From the NCBI GenBank assembly GCA_046497085.1, contig JAWOGG010000191.1, positions 1 through 37,325 of the forward strand: a DNA stretch of 37,325 nucleotides, read 5' to 3'. The translations under genes were made by a program, and so were the position numbers. A model generated the notes under the pieces. It had not been told where the DNA came from. It ran no database searches and was given only the letters and a program-made list of their open reading frames with translations. The DNA is from Orrella sp. GTDB lineage: Bacteria > Pseudomonadota > Gammaproteobacteria > Burkholderiales > Burkholderiaceae_B. Each line of letters opens with the position of its first letter. Positions within the stretch are counted from its first letter, which is position 1. Positions 36,733 through 37,325 of the stretch are shown here, piece by piece.

Positions 36733-37325
36733 TGACCACGTAAAAACAATCTATCTAAGTCTTTCATGCTCCAGGCAACCCAAGTGGGTCGACCATGGTT
36801 GCACTGGTCTGCGCGTTCGGTTTTTTCCATTTGGCGTAATAAGGCATTCATCTCGACTAGGGTCAATTGACGGTTAGCCCTGACCGCACCATGGCAGGCC
36901 ATGGTGGCGAGCAATGTGTTGCGCTGTTCGGTCATGAGCGCGCTGGCGCCAATCTCTTCAATGTCTTGCAGGATATGTCGTACCAAGGTGTCAAGATCGC
37001 CTCGCGCTAACAAAGCCGGAACGCTGCGTATCACTAAGGACTGCGGTCCGCCAGGGCGTATTTCAAACCCCATGGCCGTGAGCGCGTCTTCGTGAGCTTG
37101 CGCCAACGCCACTTCGCGCTCAGTCGCCGTCAATACCAAGGGCACTAACAGACCCTGGGTGGCAATGTTTTGAGTGTCTAGGCTGGTTTTAAGTTGTTCG
37201 TAGACCACTCGCTCATGGGCAGCGTGCATGTCCACCAAGATCAGACCATCGCTAGTTTGCGACAGGATATAAACGCCGTGGACCTGGGCCACCGCCCGAC
37301 CGAGGGGCCAAACGGTGTTGTCTTG
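36729..37325 (-). CDS. mutL: DNA mismatch repair protein MutL, C-terminal part (starts beyond the right edge)
   Basis: Frame open to the window edge ([14 protein letters not shown]...); [32 protein letters not shown]; coupled to miaA. Confidence 0.96.
   Translation of the reverse strand, partial: QDNTVWPLGRAVAQVHGVYILSQTSDGLILVDMHAAHERVVYEQLKTSLDTQNIATQGLLVPLVLTATEREVALAQAHEDALTAMGFEIRPGGPQSLVIRSVPALLARGDLDTLVRHILQDIEEIGASALMTEQRNTLLATMACHGAVRANRQLTLVEMNALLRQMEKTERADQCNHGRPTWVAWSMKDLDRLFLRGQ

Noticed and set aside
1-37325. tRNA/rRNA genes, prophage, integrase, toxin-antitoxin or anti-phage defence genes
   Set aside because: All intergenic gaps are short (at most ~306 bp) and none showed such structures; every long ORF is otherwise assigned.

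Overview
37.3-kb stretch of a gene-dense bacterial chromosome of moderate GC (roughly mid-50s % by eye). Gene content and order (lptD-surA-rsmA; glyQ-glyS-gmhB-plsC-M48-gloA; folK-pcnB-HAD-hda/purM/miaA-mutL) suggest a Burkholderiales, probably Alcaligenaceae-like, organism (inference). It is mostly housekeeping. Three accessory-looking blocks are present: a truncated RND efflux pair at the left edge; a four-gene organic-acid catabolic operon (IPMDH-like dehydrogenase, renalase-like flavoprotein, DHDPS-fold lyase, RraA/HMG-aldolase-like); and a ~9-kb CoA-dependent dicarboxylate cluster (crotonase, class I fumarase, two family III CoA-transferases, SDR, PimC/PimD-like acyl-CoA dehydrogenase pair, itaconyl/mesaconyl-CoA hydratase-like). 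I found no tRNA, rRNA, CRISPR array, transposase, integrase or defence system, and no unambiguous new system. The best leads are: (1) an M48/YgjP (SprT-like) protease with an N-terminal beta-clamp-motif-like peptide next to gloA; (2) an itaconate/mesaconate-type cluster of non-standard composition lacking the lyase; (3) the four-gene orphan catabolic operon; (4) four exactly 11-bp-phased repeats upstream of glyQ; (5) absence of pdxA from the surA-rsmA operon.
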